Assembly (NCBI GenBank): GCA_963752475.1 | Contig: CAVVYR010000006.1 | Coordinates: 160,001-224,000, forward strand | Source: an uncultured Chloroflexia bacterium | GTDB lineage: Bacteria; Chloroflexota; Limnocylindria; Limnocylindrales; CSP1-4 | DNA: 64,000 bases | Reading direction: 5' to 3' | In this document: one piece after another, positions 10,037-20,086 of the stretch | Layout of the letters: each line of letters begins with the position of its first letter | Numbering within the stretch: the first letter of the stretch is position 1 | Program-made: the position numbers and the translations under genes | The notes under the pieces: generated by a model | The model's database searches: none | What the model was told of the DNA's origin: nothing | The model's input: the letters and a program-made list of their open reading frames with translations, nothing else

Positions 10037-10720
10037 ATGGCGCCCAGCCCGGAGAACATCCGCTCCATCACCCACGACATGCGCAACCTGCTGACCGCCG
10101 TGCGTGGTCATGCCGAGCTGGCTCTCCGTGGTGTCTCGCCCGAGGACCCCGCCCGTGAGGACATCGCCCACGCGGTGGTGGTCACGGCCACGATCTTCGA
10201 TCTCATCGATCAGCTCGATGGCAACGACAGCTCCGGCACGCTCCTGGCCGTCAGCCTCGATCCCAGCGTGCAGTCGATGCGCCGCCTGCTCGACGCGCTC
10301 CTACCGCCATCGATCGAGCTCATCGTGCACACCGATAGCGACGGCGCGCGCGTGGGCATCGCCAAACTGCGCATCGAGCGCATCGTGCTCAACCTCGCAC
10401 TCAACGCGCGGGATGCCATGAACGACGGCGGCACGCTGGCCATCCGCACCGACCGTCTCGACGATGACACGGCTCGCATCATCGTCAGGGACACCGGCCC
10501 CGGCTTCACCGAAGAGGCGCTCGAGCACCTCTTCGAGATCGGCTTCACGACCAAGGGTGATCGTGGTGGCAGTGGCCACGGGTTGGCGGCGCTGGCTCCC
10601 TTCGTGCGCAAGGTGGGTGGCGACATCGAGGTCGACTCGGTGGCCGGCGAGGGCGCCACCATCACGGTCTCGCTACCCGTGGCCGACTTGGCCGAAGCGG
10701 ACGAACGAGTCTCCGACTGA
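10037..10720 (+). CDS. Histidine kinase core (HisKA + HATPase) without sensor domain
   Basis: HDMRNLL H-box, NLALNARDAM N-box, DTGPG, FTTK, GSGHGL. Confidence 0.75.
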   Translation: MAPSPENIRSITHDMRNLLTAVRGHAELALRGVSPEDPAREDIAHAVVVTATIFDLIDQLDGNDSSGTLLAVSLDPSVQSMRRLLDALLPPSIELIVHTDSDGARVGIAKLRIERIVLNLALNARDAMNDGGTLAIRTDRLDDDTARIIVRDTGPGFTEEALEHLFEIGFTTKGDRGGSGHGLAALAPFVRKVGGDIEVDSVAGEGATITVSLPVADLAEADERVSD

Positions 10721-10839
10721 CGCTCTGGCACCGTCGCGGGCTGCCCTGCCCTGTGTGAAGTCGCTGCTCGGCTCGACCCCGGAGAGGGGAGTAGGATGGA
10801 CCGCTGAGGAAGGATCTCAACGGAGGAACCGCCCAGCCC

Positions 10840-11799
10840 ATGGCAAACCCGCTCGTCACCGTCATCGGCGCCGGCAATGTCGGCGCAACGACCGCGCAAC
10901 GCATCATCGAGCAGGGCCTCGCTGACGTCTGGCTCGTCGATATCGTCGAAGGCCTGCCGCAGGGCAAGGCGCTCGACCTCGCGCAGGCGGCGCCCGTCGC
11001 CGGTCACGACATGGTGGTCCAGGGCACCAACGACTACGCCGACACCGCCGGCTCTGACGTCATCGTCGTCACCTCCGGGCTCGCCCGCCAGCCGGGCATG
11101 AGCCGCGACGACCTGATGGTCAAGAACGCCGCCGTCGTGCGCAGCGTCGTGGAGCAGTCGGTGGCCTACTCGCCGGAGGCCATCGTCATCGTCGTGACCA
11201 ATCCGCTCGACGCCATGTGCCACGTGGCGCTCGAGGCCAGCGGGCTGCCGTCCGATCGCGTCGTGGGCATGGCCGGTGTGCTCGACTCCAGCCGCTTCCG
11301 TACCTTCATCGCCATGGAGCTGGGTGTCTCGGTGGTCAACACCTACGCCTTCGTGCTCGGCGGCCACGGCGACACGATGGTGCCGTTGCCGCGCTACTCG
11401 ACCGTCGGCGGCGTGCCCATCACCGAGCTCATGACGCCAGAGCGCATCGAGGCCATCGTCGACCGCACCCGCAACGGCGGTGCCGAGGTCGTCTCGCTGC
11501 TCAAGACCGGCAGCGCCTACTACGCCCCGGCATCGTCGACGGCATCGATGGTCGATGCCATCGTCAACAACCGGCACATGGTGCTGCCCTGTGCGGCCTA
11601 CCTCGAAGGCCAGTACGGCTATGACGGGCTCTACGTGGGCGTACCCACGCGGCTCGGCAGCGATGGCGTCGAGGGCATCGTCGAGATCGGCCTGACGTCC
11701 GATGAGCAGGCCATGTTCGATCACTCCGCGAACGCGGTGCAGGGGCTCGTCGACAAGCTCGTCGAGATGGGTGCGCTGCGGGACCCGGCGGAGGGCTAG
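10840..11799 (+). CDS. mdh: Malate dehydrogenase (LDH-like)
   Basis: [38 protein letters not shown]. Confidence 0.93.
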   Translation: MANPLVTVIGAGNVGATTAQRIIEQGLADVWLVDIVEGLPQGKALDLAQAAPVAGHDMVVQGTNDYADTAGSDVIVVTSGLARQPGMSRDDLMVKNAAVVRSVVEQSVAYSPEAIVIVVTNPLDAMCHVALEASGLPSDRVVGMAGVLDSSRFRTFIAMELGVSVVNTYAFVLGGHGDTMVPLPRYSTVGGVPITELMTPERIEAIVDRTRNGGAEVVSLLKTGSAYYAPASSTASMVDAIVNNRHMVLPCAAYLEGQYGYDGLYVGVPTRLGSDGVEGIVEIGLTSDEQAMFDHSANAVQGLVDKLVEMGALRDPAEG

Positions 11800-11899
11800 G
11801 ATCCAAGGAGCTCGGGGATCGCTCCGGACTCCCTGATAGGCGACTCCTGGCGGCCGAGATTCCCTTGCACGAGGGCCGTTCGGCACGGGCCCACTAGAC

Positions 11900-11911
11900 A
11901 TAATCGATTAT
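11900..11911. promoter_or_regulatory. AT-rich palindrome ATAATCGATTAT upstream of mmsA, candidate operator
   Basis: Perfect 12-bp AT-rich palindrome in a 70% GC background, about 40 bp before the ATG. Confidence 0.45.
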
Positions 11912-11948
11912 CGTTAGTCCAATCACTCCCGGCAGACGAGGTCAGCAC

Positions 11949-13487
11949 ATGACACAGATGAAGGAGTCTCAGTCCGCTGAGACGCAGGGCACCCTCCCCA
12001 GGGTCAGCCACTGGATCGACAACAAGATCGTCCCGAGCACTTCGGGCAAGAGCCGCCCGGTCTACAACCCCGCGACAGGGGAGCAGTCCAAGACCGTCGA
12101 CATCGCCAGCGTCGAGGAGATCGACGCTGCGGTCGCGTCCGCCAAGGCTGCCTTCCCCATGTGGCGCGCGACCTCGCTGTCCAAGCGTGCGGACACGCTC
12201 TTCCGCATCCGCAACGCCTTCGATACGCATCGTGACGAGATCGGCGCGCTCATCACCGCCGAGCATGGCAAGGTCCTGAGCGACTCGCAGGGCGAGCTCG
12301 CGCGCGGCATCGAGAACATCGAGTACGCCTGTGGCGTGCCCCAGCTGCAGAAGGGTGAGTTCAGCGAGCAGGTCAGCGGCGGCGTGGACGTCTACTCCAT
12401 CCGCCAGCCGATCGGCGTCGTCGCGGGCATCACGCCCTTCAACTTCCCGGCCATGGTGCCGATGTGGATGTTCGGCAACGCCATCGCCACCGGCAACACC
12501 TTCGTGCTCAAGCCCTCGACGGTGGACCCCTCCGTGTCGGTCTACCTGGCCGAGCTGATGAAGGAAGCCGGTCTGCCCGACGGTGTCTTCAACGTCATCC
12601 AGGGCGATCGCGTGGCCGTTGCCGGCCTGACCGAGCACCCGGACATCGCGGCCGTCTCGTTCGTCGGCTCGACGCCCGCAGCCAAGCGTATCTACGAGAC
12701 CGGCTCGAAGGCCGGCAAGCGCGTGCAGGCCCTCGGTGGTGCCAAGAACCACATGCTCGTGCTGCCGGACGCGGACATCGGCCTCACCGCCGACGCCTGC
12801 ATCAACGCGGGCTACGGCTCCGCCGGCGAGCGCTGCATGGCCATCGCCACCGTGGTCACCGTGGGCGAGGTCCACGATCCGCTCATCGAGGCCATCAAGG
12901 AGCGCCTCCCGCAGGTCGTGGTCGGCGATGGCACCGACCCTGCGTCGATGATGGGACCGCTGGTGACCGAGACCCATCGCGACAAGGTCGCCGGCTACAT
13001 CGAGGCCGGCGAGAAGGACGGGGCCAAGATCGTGGCCGACGGCCGCGAGCACCAGCTGTACAAGGAGTCGGACGGCTTCTACCTCGGCGTCTCGCTCATC
13101 GACGACGTCAAGCCCAACATGTCCTGCTACACCGACGAGATCTTCGGCCCGGTGCTGACCGTGGTGCGGGTGGACACGTACGAAGAGGGCGTGGCCCTTA
13201 TCAACAGCCACGAGTTCGGCAACGGCACGGCCATCTTCACCCGTGACGGTGGCGCCGCTCGCCAGTTCCAGTTCGACATCGACGTCGGGATGGTGGGCAT
13301 CAACGTGCCCATCCCAGTGCCGGTCTCGTACTACAGCTTCGGTGGCTGGCGTGGCTCGCTCTTCGGCGACACGCACATGTACGGCCCCGAGGGCATGAAG
13401 TTCTACACCAAGGGCAAGGTCATCACCTCGCGGTGGCCGGACCCCTCCACCTCGGAGATCAACCTGGGCTTCCCGCGCACCAAGTAG
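11949..13487 (+). CDS. mmsA: CoA-acylating (methyl)malonate-semialdehyde dehydrogenase
   Basis: GITPFNFPAMVPMW, QALGGAKNH, GSAGERCMA, GINVPIPVP. Confidence 0.92.
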   Translation: MTQMKESQSAETQGTLPRVSHWIDNKIVPSTSGKSRPVYNPATGEQSKTVDIASVEEIDAAVASAKAAFPMWRATSLSKRADTLFRIRNAFDTHRDEIGALITAEHGKVLSDSQGELARGIENIEYACGVPQLQKGEFSEQVSGGVDVYSIRQPIGVVAGITPFNFPAMVPMWMFGNAIATGNTFVLKPSTVDPSVSVYLAELMKEAGLPDGVFNVIQGDRVAVAGLTEHPDIAAVSFVGSTPAAKRIYETGSKAGKRVQALGGAKNHMLVLPDADIGLTADACINAGYGSAGERCMAIATVVTVGEVHDPLIEAIKERLPQVVVGDGTDPASMMGPLVTETHRDKVAGYIEAGEKDGAKIVADGREHQLYKESDGFYLGVSLIDDVKPNMSCYTDEIFGPVLTVVRVDTYEEGVALINSHEFGNGTAIFTRDGGAARQFQFDIDVGMVGINVPIPVPVSYYSFGGWRGSLFGDTHMYGPEGMKFYTKGKVITSRWPDPSTSEINLGFPRTK

Positions 13488-13490
13488 CGC

Positions 13491-13976
13491 ATGAGCCCTG
13501 ACTCACGGCGGAGCGGGCGCTCGTTCGCCCCGCCCCGGTGGGTCTACCGGACGCTCTGGGCACTCCATCGAGCCGGCTACCGCATCAGCGGCGGCCGGCT
13601 CGGTCTTCGTTCGGGAGCCAAGGATCGCCTTGGCACGCTGCGCCTGCGCACGGTCGGGCGCAAGTCGGGCGAGGAGCGGGCCTCCATGCTCTACTACCTG
13701 CCCGCGGGCGAGGGCTATGCGGTGGTTGCTTCCAACGCCGGCGCTACGTACCCGCCGGCCTGGTGGCTGAACCTGCAGGCTCAGCCCGATGGTACGGTCG
13801 ACCTGCCGGGTCGCTCGGTCGCCGTGCGGGCGCGCCTGTCTGCGGGAGCGGAGCGTGACGACCTCTGGCGCCGCTTCGTCGAGCGGCTGGCCGACTACGA
13901 GCGCTACGCTCAGCAGGCCGAGCGGGAGATCCCCATCGTCATCCTCGAACCCAGCGCCGGGAGACCCGATGCCTGA
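13491..13976 (+). CDS. Deazaflavin (F420)-dependent nitroreductase family protein (Ddn-like)
   Basis: LRTVGRKSGEER, VVASNAG..PAWWLNL, REIPIVILEP. Confidence 0.85.
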   Translation: MSPDSRRSGRSFAPPRWVYRTLWALHRAGYRISGGRLGLRSGAKDRLGTLRLRTVGRKSGEERASMLYYLPAGEGYAVVASNAGATYPPAWWLNLQAQPDGTVDLPGRSVAVRARLSAGAERDDLWRRFVERLADYERYAQQAEREIPIVILEPSAGRPDA

Positions 13977-14637
13977 ACTGCGCGTCAGCGCCATGATCTT
14001 CGATATGGACGGGGTCGTCATCGACTCCGGTGATGTCTATGCCAAGCACTGGCGCGCCTGGGGCGCGGAGCATGGCTATGAGTACGATCGTGACATCGCC
14101 CACGTCCATCCCGGCCGGCCGCCGGCCGAGACCATCCGCGTGGTGGCTCCGCATCTCGACGCCGAAGCCGAGTCGGTAGCCTTCAACGATGCGCTCGAGA
14201 CGGACGACGGCGAGGACGCCATCGCGGCCATGCCCGGGGCGCTGGAGCTGCTGGCGAGCTTGCCCCGAGGACGCTGGACCATCGCCACCAGTGCCTTTCG
14301 CGGCGTGGCCCGTGAGTGGCTGGCCCACGTGGGGCTGCCTGAGCCGGCCGAGCTCGTGACCGTCGATGACGTCGAGCATGGCAAGCCGGCGCCCGATCCG
14401 TACCTGCGGGCGGCGGAGCTGCTGGGCTTCGACCCGGCGCGCTGCCTCGTCATCGAGGACGCCCCCGCGGGCGTGCAGGCAGCCAAGGCCGCCGGTGCCA
14501 CCGTGCTCTCGCTACGCACGACGCATGGCGCTGCCGACCTGGCCGCGGCCGACTACGGCACGGCCGGACTGCACACCATCGAGGCCGCCCTCGATGGTGA
14601 GGCCATCGTGGTCAGCTGGGAGCCGGCACAAGACTGA
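13969..14637 (+). CDS. HAD-IA family phosphatase (sugar phosphatase-like)
   Basis: IFDMDGVVIDS, GKPAPDPY, VIEDAPAG. Confidence 0.85.
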   Translation: MPELRVSAMIFDMDGVVIDSGDVYAKHWRAWGAEHGYEYDRDIAHVHPGRPPAETIRVVAPHLDAEAESVAFNDALETDDGEDAIAAMPGALELLASLPRGRWTIATSAFRGVAREWLAHVGLPEPAELVTVDDVEHGKPAPDPYLRAAELLGFDPARCLVIEDAPAGVQAAKAAGATVLSLRTTHGAADLAAADYGTAGLHTIEAALDGEAIVVSWEPAQD

Positions 14638-14689
14638 CCCGGGTCAGTCTCGCGGTGGTGGCTCGTTCACGCCCCGCGGCGGTGCGACA

Positions 14690-16111
14690 CTACTTCAGGT
14701 ACTCGCGAGCGACCTCGCGCTTGAGGAACTTGCCGGCGCCCGACTGGCCCTTCCACTCGCCGTCCTCGACGACGACCGCGCCACGCGAGAGCACGATGTC
14801 GCTGCCGCCCTGGACCTCCATGCCCTCGTAGCAGCTGTAGTCGACGTTCATGTGGTGGGTCTCCGCCGAGAGCATGTGCTTGCGCTCGGGGTCGTAGATG
14901 ACGACGTCGGCGTCGTAGCCGGGAGCGATGACGCCCTTCACCCCGGCAAGACCGAAGATCCTGGCCGCCGACGTCGAGGTGATCTCCACCCAGCGCTCCT
15001 TGGTGTAGCGGCCGTTGACCACGCCCTGGAACATCAGGTCCATGCGTTCCTCGACGCCGGGCAGGCCATTGGGGATCTTGCGGAAGTCGTCCTTGCCCAG
15101 ATCCTTCTGGCCCACGAAGTCGAAGGGGCAGTGGTCCGTGCCCACGGTCTGCAGGTCGTCCCTGATGAGGCCGCGCCAGAGGTCTTCCTGGTGGTCGGCC
15201 GGGCGCAGTGGCGGGCTGCACACGTACTTGGCGCCCTCGAACCCGTTCTTCATGTCCTCGAGCGAGAGGAAGAGGTACTGCGGACACGTCTCGGCAAAGG
15301 CCATGGCGCCACGATCGCGACCACGCACGACCTCCTCGAGCGCATCGCGCGAGCTGAGATGGACGATGTAGACGGGCACCTCCGCAGCCTCCGCGAAGCG
15401 GATGCAGCGGTTGACGGCCTCACCCTCGAAGACGGGATAGCGCGAGACGCCGTGGTAGTAGGGATCGGTCAGGCCGGCCTCGGCGTTGGCGTTGGCGATG
15501 ACGTCGATGGGCACGCCGTTCTCGGCGTGCATCAGGATGAGGCCGCCGTTCTCGGCGGTCTGGCGCATGGCCCGGAAGATGGCCCCGTCGTCAGAGAGGA
15601 AGACGCCCGGGTAGGCCGTGAAGAGCTTGAAATCGGTGATGCCTTCCTCGACGAGCGCGTCCATCTCCTTGAGCGTGGCGTCGTTGACGTCGCCCATGAT
15701 CATGTGGAAGCCGTAGTCGATCGAGGCCTTGCCCTCGGCCTTGGCCATCCAGGTCTCGAGGCCGGGGCGCAGCGCCTCACCCTTGGTCTGGACCGCGAAG
15801 TCGATGATGGTGGTCGTGCCGCCGAACGCGGCCGCACGCGTGCCCGTCTCGAAGTCGTCCTTGGAGAAGGCCCCGCCGAAGGGCAGGTCGAAGTGCGTGT
15901 GCGGATCGATGCCGCCGGGGATGACCCAGCGGCCCTTGGCGTCGATGATGCGGTCGACCGAGGCTTCGGTCAGGCCTGACAGCACCTGGCCGGAGAGCGA
16001 CTCGCCCCGGAGGAGACCGACGGCCGCGATCTTCTCGTCCTCGATCAGGACATCGGCCCGGTATGAACCGTCTGCGTTGACGACGGTGCCGTTGGTGATG
16101 AGCGTTCGCAT
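14690..16111 (-). CDS. hydA: Dihydropyrimidinase / D-hydantoinase
   Basis: PGGIDPHTH, GGTTTIIDFA, AETCPQYL, CSPPLR, TDHCPF, IPNGLPGVEER. Confidence 0.93.
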   Translation of the reverse strand: MRTLITNGTVVNADGSYRADVLIEDEKIAAVGLLRGESLSGQVLSGLTEASVDRIIDAKGRWVIPGGIDPHTHFDLPFGGAFSKDDFETGTRAAAFGGTTTIIDFAVQTKGEALRPGLETWMAKAEGKASIDYGFHMIMGDVNDATLKEMDALVEEGITDFKLFTAYPGVFLSDDGAIFRAMRQTAENGGLILMHAENGVPIDVIANANAEAGLTDPYYHGVSRYPVFEGEAVNRCIRFAEAAEVPVYIVHLSSRDALEEVVRGRDRGAMAFAETCPQYLFLSLEDMKNGFEGAKYVCSPPLRPADHQEDLWRGLIRDDLQTVGTDHCPFDFVGQKDLGKDDFRKIPNGLPGVEERMDLMFQGVVNGRYTKERWVEITSTSAARIFGLAGVKGVIAPGYDADVVIYDPERKHMLSAETHHMNVDYSCYEGMEVQGGSDIVLSRGAVVVEDGEWKGQSGAGKFLKREVAREYLK

Positions 16112-16339
16112 CGGTCCCTCCAGTGGTGTCGGTCCTGTGATCGGCTCGACGGATAGGCGCAGGGGGGCGCGGCCAGTGCTGTCATGGTAGTCCGGGTGAG
16201 CGGGCGACCGCTCGCTGCCAACGGCCGTGGCAGCGGGTCGCGGTTCTGTTTCGGGGCCGACTCGGTGCCTTCAGGCTCGCCTGATGCGCGCGCTGTGCCG
16301 ACGGAGGTACGACAGCTCGTCGTGTACCGTAGGCGTGTC

Positions 16340-19051
16340 ATGCCCATGGTCCACCGTCGATCGCCCCTGCGACGTGCCTTCTCGGCCTTCCTGGCCGCGC
16401 TGATGGTCGCTTTGCTGTTGCCCGCGGCCATGACACCCGGCACCGTCGTAGCGGCCGGGACTGCGACCTGGGCGGCGCGCGCGGTGAGCAGCGCTGACGT
16501 GCGAGCGCGAGACCGGGAGTTGGTCTCCAGGCTGCCGGCCAACGCCAAGATCGGCTATCACCCTGAGACCGGTCGGGTCCGCTTCATCAGCGGCACGCCG
16601 GGCAAGCCTCTGACCGGAGCGCTCAGGGGCGTCGCCGCCGGCAACCGTCGTCTGACCGTGGCCGATGCCCGCGGCAAGGCGCGCAGGTTCGTCGACACCT
16701 ACGGCCCGCTCTTCGGTCTCTCGGACCCGGCCGGCGAGCTGCGCGTCCGTGAGACCACGCGCAACCTGGCCCCGGCCTCGGGCTCGGTCAGGACCGCTGG
16801 AGCCGGGCTGCCCAACGCCACCGTGCGGTTCGACCAGGTGCGTCGCGGCGTCGCCGTCCTGGGCGGCGAGCTCGTGGTGCAGCTGACCGATGCGGGCGAG
16901 GTGCTCTCGGCCACCGGCGAGGTGCTGCCCTCCGCGGCCGCCGCCCGCACCAAGCCCACCGTCGGCGTCAGGCACGCCCGCACGACGGCCTCGCGCTGGA
17001 TCGCTCGTGCGCTGGGCCGCAACGTCGCCGCCGTGTCCACCAAGTCGGAGGGGCTCGGCCTCTACGACCCGGGCCTGATGGACGATCCCCAGCTGGCTGA
17101 TGCCGGCACCCGCCTCGTCTGGCGCATCGACGCCCGCGTGCCGGCCACGAAGAAGAAGCCGGCCGACCGGCGCCTGATGGTGGTGGACGCGAGGAACGGC
17201 CAGGTGCTCACGAGCATCGGCCGCATCTTCGATGCCGCGGTCGACCGTCGCGTCTGCGACAACCGGAACCGACCCGGTGGTCCCTGGCACTGCGACGGGC
17301 CCTTCGCGCGCGTCGAGGGCCAGCCCGCGACTGGCATCTCCGACGTCGATGCGGTCTACCGCCTGATGGGCGTGACCGACGCCTACTTCCGCAGTCGCTT
17401 CGGGCGCGATGGGATCGACGGCAAGGGCGGACGCATGAAGGCCACCGTGCGCTACTGCCCCAGCTACGGCTGCCCCTGGCGAAATGCCGAGTGGCGCTGG
17501 GGACCACAGCAGGCGACGTTCGGGAGCGGCTGGGCCAAGGCCGACGACATCGTGGCCCATGAGTACACCCACGGCGTGCTCGACGCGGAGGCACCGCTCT
17601 ATTACCACTATCAGTCAGGCGCCATCAACGAGTCTTACGCCGACGTCTTCGGTGAGCTCATCGACCTCGCTTACACCGGTGGCAACGACGCTCCACGGAC
17701 CCGCTGGAAGATCGGGGAGGATACGCCCGGGGGTGCCTTCCGCGACATGCGCAACCCCACCCGCAAGGGGCATCCCGATCGCGTGCGTAGCCCCAAGTGG
17801 CACACCGGCGCCACCGACTTCGGCGGCGTCCACCGCAACAACGGCGTGGGCAACAAGGCGGCATACCTCATGGCCGTCGGTGGCCGCTTCCGCGGCTTCG
17901 CCATCAAGGGCATCGGGCGCGAGCGCACCGCGCGTGTCTGGTACCAGGCCCTCACGACGCGGCTGACCTCGGCCGCCAACTACATCGACCTCGCCGATGC
18001 ACTCGTCTCCGCCTGTACTGACCTCGCGGGCACCAACGGCATCGAGTTCTCGCACTGCCAAGCGGTGCGAGACGCCACGCGGGCCACGCAGATGCACGTC
18101 AGGCCCAGGAAGCAGGCGCCGTCCACGGCACCCATCTGCGGCCCGGCCAAGATGCCCTACGACGTCTTCGCCGATGACCTCGAGCGACCGGCCGGCGGGA
18201 CCTGGTCATACATGCGCTCGGTGGGGACGAAGAAGGGCTGGTTCTGGCCCCAGAACCCCAACAACCAGGCTGGCTGGGACGGCACCTGGGGCAGCGGCAA
18301 GGTCAACTTCTACGCCCCCGACTACGGCACGCGCATGGACTCCACGATGCGCATGACCAACGCGGTGGAGCTACCGCCCAACGCGTTCCTGCGCTTCGGG
18401 CACGGGTACGCCTTCGACAAGGACGCACGCAGGCGCTACGACGGTGGGGTGGTCGAGATCAAGGTGGGAGAGGGCCCGTGGCGCGGCGTCGGGGCGCTGT
18501 TCACCCACGGCCGCTACAACGGCACCCTGGCCAGAGGCACGGGCAACCCGCTCGCCGGGCAGCGCGCCTTCACAGGCAACTCCAGGGGCTGGGCCAAGGC
18601 CCGCATCAGCCTGGCCAGGTTCGCCGGCAAGAAGGTGAAGGTGCGCTTCCGCATGGTGTCCGACCGGCAGGTCGGTTCGCAGGGCTGGTACATCGACGAT
18701 GTGCGCATCTACAGCTGCGCGGCTGACCGCGACAAGCCCGATGGCGTGATGGTCATCGATGGTGGCGCGGCCACGACCGCGGACAAGCGGGTGCATGTCG
18801 CGCTCGACTACAGCGACCCCTCGACCTGGGTCAGCCGGGTGCGCATCTCGAGCAGCCCCAAGACCAGGAAGGGCCTCTTGCTCAGGGGCATCACGATGGA
18901 CGCTCGCGAGACGCTGGCCTGGGACCTGTCCGACACCACCTACGGCGGCGCCGGCAGGCCCGGGATGCGGCGGATCTACGCCCAGGTCCGGGACGCGGCG
19001 GGACGCTGGTCGCCGGTCTTCTCCGACGTCATCGAATGGGTGGCACCGTAG
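16340..19051 (+). CDS. Secreted M4 (thermolysin) family metallopeptidase with propeptide and C-terminal beta-sandwich domains
   Basis: Signal peptide, FTP-like propeptide, AHEYTHGV, GAINESYADVFG, GGVHRNNG. Start approximate. Confidence 0.88.
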   Translation: MPMVHRRSPLRRAFSAFLAALMVALLLPAAMTPGTVVAAGTATWAARAVSSADVRARDRELVSRLPANAKIGYHPETGRVRFISGTPGKPLTGALRGVAAGNRRLTVADARGKARRFVDTYGPLFGLSDPAGELRVRETTRNLAPASGSVRTAGAGLPNATVRFDQVRRGVAVLGGELVVQLTDAGEVLSATGEVLPSAAAARTKPTVGVRHARTTASRWIARALGRNVAAVSTKSEGLGLYDPGLMDDPQLADAGTRLVWRIDARVPATKKKPADRRLMVVDARNGQVLTSIGRIFDAAVDRRVCDNRNRPGGPWHCDGPFARVEGQPATGISDVDAVYRLMGVTDAYFRSRFGRDGIDGKGGRMKATVRYCPSYGCPWRNAEWRWGPQQATFGSGWAKADDIVAHEYTHGVLDAEAPLYYHYQSGAINESYADVFGELIDLAYTGGNDAPRTRWKIGEDTPGGAFRDMRNPTRKGHPDRVRSPKWHTGATDFGGVHRNNGVGNKAAYLMAVGGRFRGFAIKGIGRERTARVWYQALTTRLTSAANYIDLADALVSACTDLAGTNGIEFSHCQAVRDATRATQMHVRPRKQAPSTAPICGPAKMPYDVFADDLERPAGGTWSYMRSVGTKKGWFWPQNPNNQAGWDGTWGSGKVNFYAPDYGTRMDSTMRMTNAVELPPNAFLRFGHGYAFDKDARRRYDGGVVEIKVGEGPWRGVGALFTHGRYNGTLARGTGNPLAGQRAFTGNSRGWAKARISLARFAGKKVKVRFRMVSDRQVGSQGWYIDDVRIYSCAADRDKPDGVMVIDGGAATTADKRVHVALDYSDPSTWVSRVRISSSPKTRKGLLLRGITMDARETLAWDLSDTTYGGAGRPGMRRIYAQVRDAAGRWSPVFSDVIEWVAP

Positions 19052-19078
19052 CCCACGGCGCCTGAGCGGGCAGCGGCC

Positions 19079-20056
19079 CTACTCGAAGCGCTCGATGTCG
19101 AGGACCACGCGGGCGTTGTCCTTGGTCGACTTGGCACCCCACTGCACCGAGCCGAGGCGGGCGCAAGCGTCGCCCTTCATGCCGATGACCGTGCGCACCT
19201 TCTTGTTCTGCTCGAAGAGCTGGATGCGCCGTAGCTGACCGATGTCGACGTCCTCGAGCTCCTCCTGCGCGATGACGGTGTTGGCGGCGACCGCGACCGG
19301 TCCGTCGAAGACGATCTCGATGGCACGGTCACCCTGGACGCGCCCGATGGCGTCGCCGTACTTCTCCTTGGCCGCGTCCGGGGTGGTCCACTTCATGGTG
19401 ACGGTGGTAGCCCTGGCGGCCTTCACCTTCTTGCCCGGGTTCTGCCGGTCCAGCCGCCAGTAGATCTGGTCGTACGTCGTGCCGTCCTCGGTCTCGCGGA
19501 TGGTGGCCTTCACGTCGGTCAGGAACCACTTGCCGCGGCTGAGGTCCTTGATCGCGCCGTTCTCGCAGCTGAACGTCTTCATGTTGGCCGTGGTGGCCGT
19601 TGGCGCCACCTCGTCGTCGAGGGGTTCCGTGTTCGCCACGGGTTCGTCGACGTTGGTGTCGACGGCCTCAGGTGCGGTCGTGGGCACGGGGGTGGGGGTC
19701 TCTGCGGGGCCGATGAGCCGGCCGCCCCCGCTGAGGAGGCCGCCGCCACCGGAGATGGCGAGGCTGCCACCGACCAGCAGCAGCGCTACGACCAGCACGA
19801 AGCCGACGGTGGCCGAGAAGCCCGAGCGGCGTGTCCGGGGAAGATCGACACGACCGGGTGCGACGCCACGCACCGGATCCTCGGACGAGGCGATGGGCAG
19901 GCCGCAGTTGCGGCACGTGCGCGCGCCAGCCTCATTGGTGAGACCGCATGCAGGGCAGGTGACGCCGGTTGGGGCTCCTCCCTGGGTCCACGGCTGAACA
20001 GGAGCGCCCCCGGGCTGGGGTCGGTTGGCTGATGTCATCCGCGAGGATGGTGCCAC
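19079..20056 (-). CDS. Zinc-ribbon, single-TM membrane protein
   Basis: CPACG..CRNCG, one hydrophobic helix, PT-rich linker, extracellular domain. Confidence 0.7.
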   Translation of the reverse strand: MAPSSRMTSANRPQPGGAPVQPWTQGGAPTGVTCPACGLTNEAGARTCRNCGLPIASSEDPVRGVAPGRVDLPRTRRSGFSATVGFVLVVALLLVGGSLAISGGGGLLSGGGRLIGPAETPTPVPTTAPEAVDTNVDEPVANTEPLDDEVAPTATTANMKTFSCENGAIKDLSRGKWFLTDVKATIRETEDGTTYDQIYWRLDRQNPGKKVKAARATTVTMKWTTPDAAKEKYGDAIGRVQGDRAIEIVFDGPVAVAANTVIAQEELEDVDIGQLRRIQLFEQNKKVRTVIGMKGDACARLGSVQWGAKSTKDNARVVLDIERFE

Positions 20057-20086
20057 AGCCTCCGGAAATCCGGGCCAGACAGGCTC

